Positions 62,195 to 64,000 of a DNA stretch of 64,000 nt are shown piece after piece. Position 1 is the stretch's first letter; each line of letters opens with the position of its first letter. The stretch is from an uncultured Candidatus Saccharibacteria bacterium (GTDB taxonomy: Bacteria > Patescibacteriota > Minisyncoccia > Phycocordibacterales > PALSA-1337), in NCBI GenBank assembly GCA_964629235.1, contig CAZVQB010000002.1, positions 4,339 to 68,338 of the forward strand, written 5' to 3'. Under the pieces are notes generated by a model. That model saw nothing but the letters and a program-made list of their open reading frames with translations. It was not told the DNA's origin and made no database searches. The translations under genes and the position numbers were made by a program.

Positions 62195-62563
62195 TTAATT
62201 CGATGAACCTTTAGGTAGCTTTATCGAGGTAGACGATGGAACTGAAGCACCTCCAGTTGGTGCAAACGGGTTTGGTCGACCGACATTCTGTTCTGGAATA
62301 GTTATCGTATAATCAACCAAAGAATTATATACTGGAGATTTAAAAATCTCACCATCAATCTTAAGTGAACTTATCGTGTTTAACAGTATCAATACCCTAC
62401 TAGCAGCGGCTTGAGCACCAACTGATGCAACGGTACTAGTAGTAGTCAATGAAGAACCAGTGTCAGTTGGTGTTCCTTTATAATAAAAATAAATTCCAAG
62501 TGACACTACTACTATTAGTATCAAAGCGATGAATGTTCCTTTTGATGGTGATTGTTGTTGCAT
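62195..62563 (-). CDS. Small single-TM protein in the pilus operon (PilP-like position; function unknown)
   Basis: The 122-aa ORF has an N-terminal TM helix and a Ser/Thr-rich region. Confidence 0.3.
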   Translation of the reverse strand: MQQQSPSKGTFIALILIVVVSLGIYFYYKGTPTDTGSSLTTTSTVASVGAQAAASRVLILLNTISSLKIDGEIFKSPVYNSLVDYTITIPEQNVGRPNPFAPTGGASVPSSTSIKLPKGSSN

Positions 62564-62567
62564 AATA

Positions 62568-63173
62568 TTATTGTTTTAACCAAAATGTTTTAACTTCTAC
62601 ATTGTAATCATATACACCAGTGTCGTTTGATTTTACTGTAATTTTTGAAATCTCAATAATTCTTAGACTTGCCTCTATATCTTTTAGGAAGTTTAGGAAA
62701 TTTTGATAATTACTTGATACATCAAAACTAAGAGTAACCGTACTATATGTGCTTTGTGTAGAACCATCACCAGAAACTTGATCAATACCAGGATTAGCAA
62801 CTGGTTCGGACGCATCCTTTGGAGTAGTAGTCTTTACATTTTTCATTACAATACCGTGTCTTGCTGCAACTCCACTTATATCTATTATAAGACGAACATT
62901 ATCGACATTATCTGGTAGAATTTTTTCTAATCTCTCTTGGTCATCTATGCCGATTTTATTGTAATTATCTTTTACAGCATCTCTAACCTTTATCAATTTT
63001 TCAGAATTTTCAAGTGCTTGTTCATACTGAGCATTTACTTGTCTTATAGCTTGTAATTCATCAATTTTCGCACGAGTAAAGGTAAAGTATATTCCAACCG
63101 CCAAGACTATTAGTATTAATGGTGTAACATTCTTATTCATATTATTGTGTTGGATTATTTGGCGCCGAATCAC
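62568..63173 (-). CDS. pilO: PilO-like pilus assembly protein (TM + coiled coil); true start probably the internal ATG (MNKNVTPL)
   Basis: Topology and coiled-coil segment match PilO. The position between pilN-like and pilB fits. Confidence 0.45.
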   Translation of the reverse strand: MIRRQIIQHNNMNKNVTPLILIVLAVGIYFTFTRAKIDELQAIRQVNAQYEQALENSEKLIKVRDAVKDNYNKIGIDDQERLEKILPDNVDNVRLIIDISGVAARHGIVMKNVKTTTPKDASEPVANPGIDQVSGDGSTQSTYSTVTLSFDVSSNYQNFLNFLKDIEASLRIIEISKITVKSNDTGVYDYNVEVKTFWLKQ

Positions 63174-63783
63174 CAGTTAATATTTTCTCATAATAAATGT
63201 CACTTGTATCAAAGCTTGCTGTCAAAGTAAAACCGACATTTCCTTTATCATCAAGTACCAAATCACCCAAAACTGGATTTTTTACAACCTTATTTTTTCC
63301 ATATTTTATCGATTGACCCAAAACATCTGATTGCCAAGCAATTGAACTAAAACTATTACCCGTTCCCTTCACAGTGATACGAGCTGAATCTCCAGAAACA
63401 ACAGGCGAAGTGAATTCAAAATTATCAAAACGTATTCCTTCAGTCGTAAGATTATTTATAATGTCAAAAACCTCAGAAACAGCTATATGATTTTTTAGAA
63501 GTTGATTTGCTAAATCAATTTTTGTATTGGCTTTCTTTAATTTTTCGATTAAAGCAATATCAAATCTTTTTTCTGCTTTTTCCAATTCAACTTGATAAGA
63601 AGCTTGTTGTTTAGTTAGTACATCTTTCCAAAAAAAAGTAAAACCCGCACCAGCTAGTGATAATATAAAAATCATAACAGATATAAACATAAAGACACTA
63701 GCACCTCCACTATGCTTTATTGTTTTCTGATCCATCAAAATTGGTTTTTTGGGAATGAACGATGTTTGGAATTTAGTGTCCAT
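63142..63783 (-). CDS. pilN: PilN-like pilus assembly protein (TM + coiled coil)
   Basis: The 213-aa ORF has an N-terminal TM and a coiled coil. It lies directly downstream of a pilM-like fragment. Confidence 0.45.
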   Translation of the reverse strand: MDTKFQTSFIPKKPILMDQKTIKHSGGASVFMFISVMIFILSLAGAGFTFFWKDVLTKQQASYQVELEKAEKRFDIALIEKLKKANTKIDLANQLLKNHIAVSEVFDIINNLTTEGIRFDNFEFTSPVVSGDSARITVKGTGNSFSSIAWQSDVLGQSIKYGKNKVVKNPVLGDLVLDDKGNVGFTLTASFDTSDIYYEKILTGDSAPNNPTQ

Positions 63784-63801
63784 TAATATAATTATAGTTG
63801 A

Positions 63802-64000
63802 TTACTCTATTTCAGACAATCGACGTAATGCACACCCGATTGCAACTGCGAACTCAGGTCCAGCCTTTAGGAATTGTTCACTCAAGAATGCCGGAGTTTC
63901 CAATTTTCCAAATGGATTTGCATAAACAATTTCAGTCTGGAAACTTATTTTTGCCAAATCAGTAAAACCACGAAGCAATACTCCACCTCCAGTAAGTACA
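63802..64000 (-). CDS. pilM: PilM-like actin-fold pilus assembly ATPase, C-terminal 65 aa (partial; the gene continues beyond the window end)
   Basis: The reverse-strand translation reads LTGGGVLLRGFTDLAKISFQTEIVYANPFGKLETPAFLSEQFLKAGPEFAVAIGCALRRLSEIE followed by a stop. The LTGGG...L.G motif and the C-terminus resemble PilM/FtsA-family ends. Confidence 0.6.
   Translation of the reverse strand, partial: VLTGGGVLLRGFTDLAKISFQTEIVYANPFGKLETPAFLSEQFLKAGPEFAVAIGCALRRLSEIE

Overview
This window is AT-rich (roughly 28-32% GC) and densely packed with mostly short genes, usually only a few bp apart. Gene content and style fit a reduced-genome Patescibacteria/CPR-like bacterium; this placement is inference from sequence features alone. 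There are three blocks. Block 1 (1-24.4 kb) is housekeeping. It holds a partial murJ, a Wzy_C/TPR membrane protein, an RNase P RNA (rnpB, minus strand, GC-rich), nrdB-nrdA, a DUF192 gene, a LemA/TPM pair, groES-groEL, secG, an OppA-like substrate-binding protein, RNase J, an MFS transporter, eno, gpmA and a DedA-PAP2 fusion. Block 2 (about 25.2-53.7 kb) is a surface-glycan and glycosylation island of more than 25 genes. It contains a nonulosonic (sialic-acid-like) sugar module: neuC, a single-polypeptide neuB-neuA fusion and a 2-hydroxyacid dehydrogenase. It also has a tandemly duplicated cassette of Zn-ribbon methyltransferases plus TagF-like transferases, a GT9 heptosyltransferase-like gene, a Wzx-like flippase, and a polyprenyl-phosphate-sugar three-component set (a GT2 Dpm1-like synthase, GtrA and two GT-C membrane transferases). 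It further carries two more methyltransferases, several GT2 and GT4 enzymes, two sugar oxidoreductases and a second Wzy_C/TPR protein. Block 3 (53.7-64 kb) starts with a VirD4/TraG-like P-loop ATPase. It continues into a complete type IV pilus operon: pilM (partial), pilN, pilO, a small gene, pilB, a CheY-like regulator, pilT, pilC and a pilin. A 521-aa polytopic membrane protein sits directly downstream of the pilin. The most interesting hypothesis is that the glycan island and the pilus operon form one system that decorates the pilin or the cell surface with a sialic-acid-like sugar. This would use Wzy_C-type O-oligosaccharyltransferase candidates and GT-C enzymes. Two genes stand out by elevated GC (about 40-48%): 10542-11300 and 30458-31348. 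No CRISPR, tRNA, transposase or integrase was recognised.
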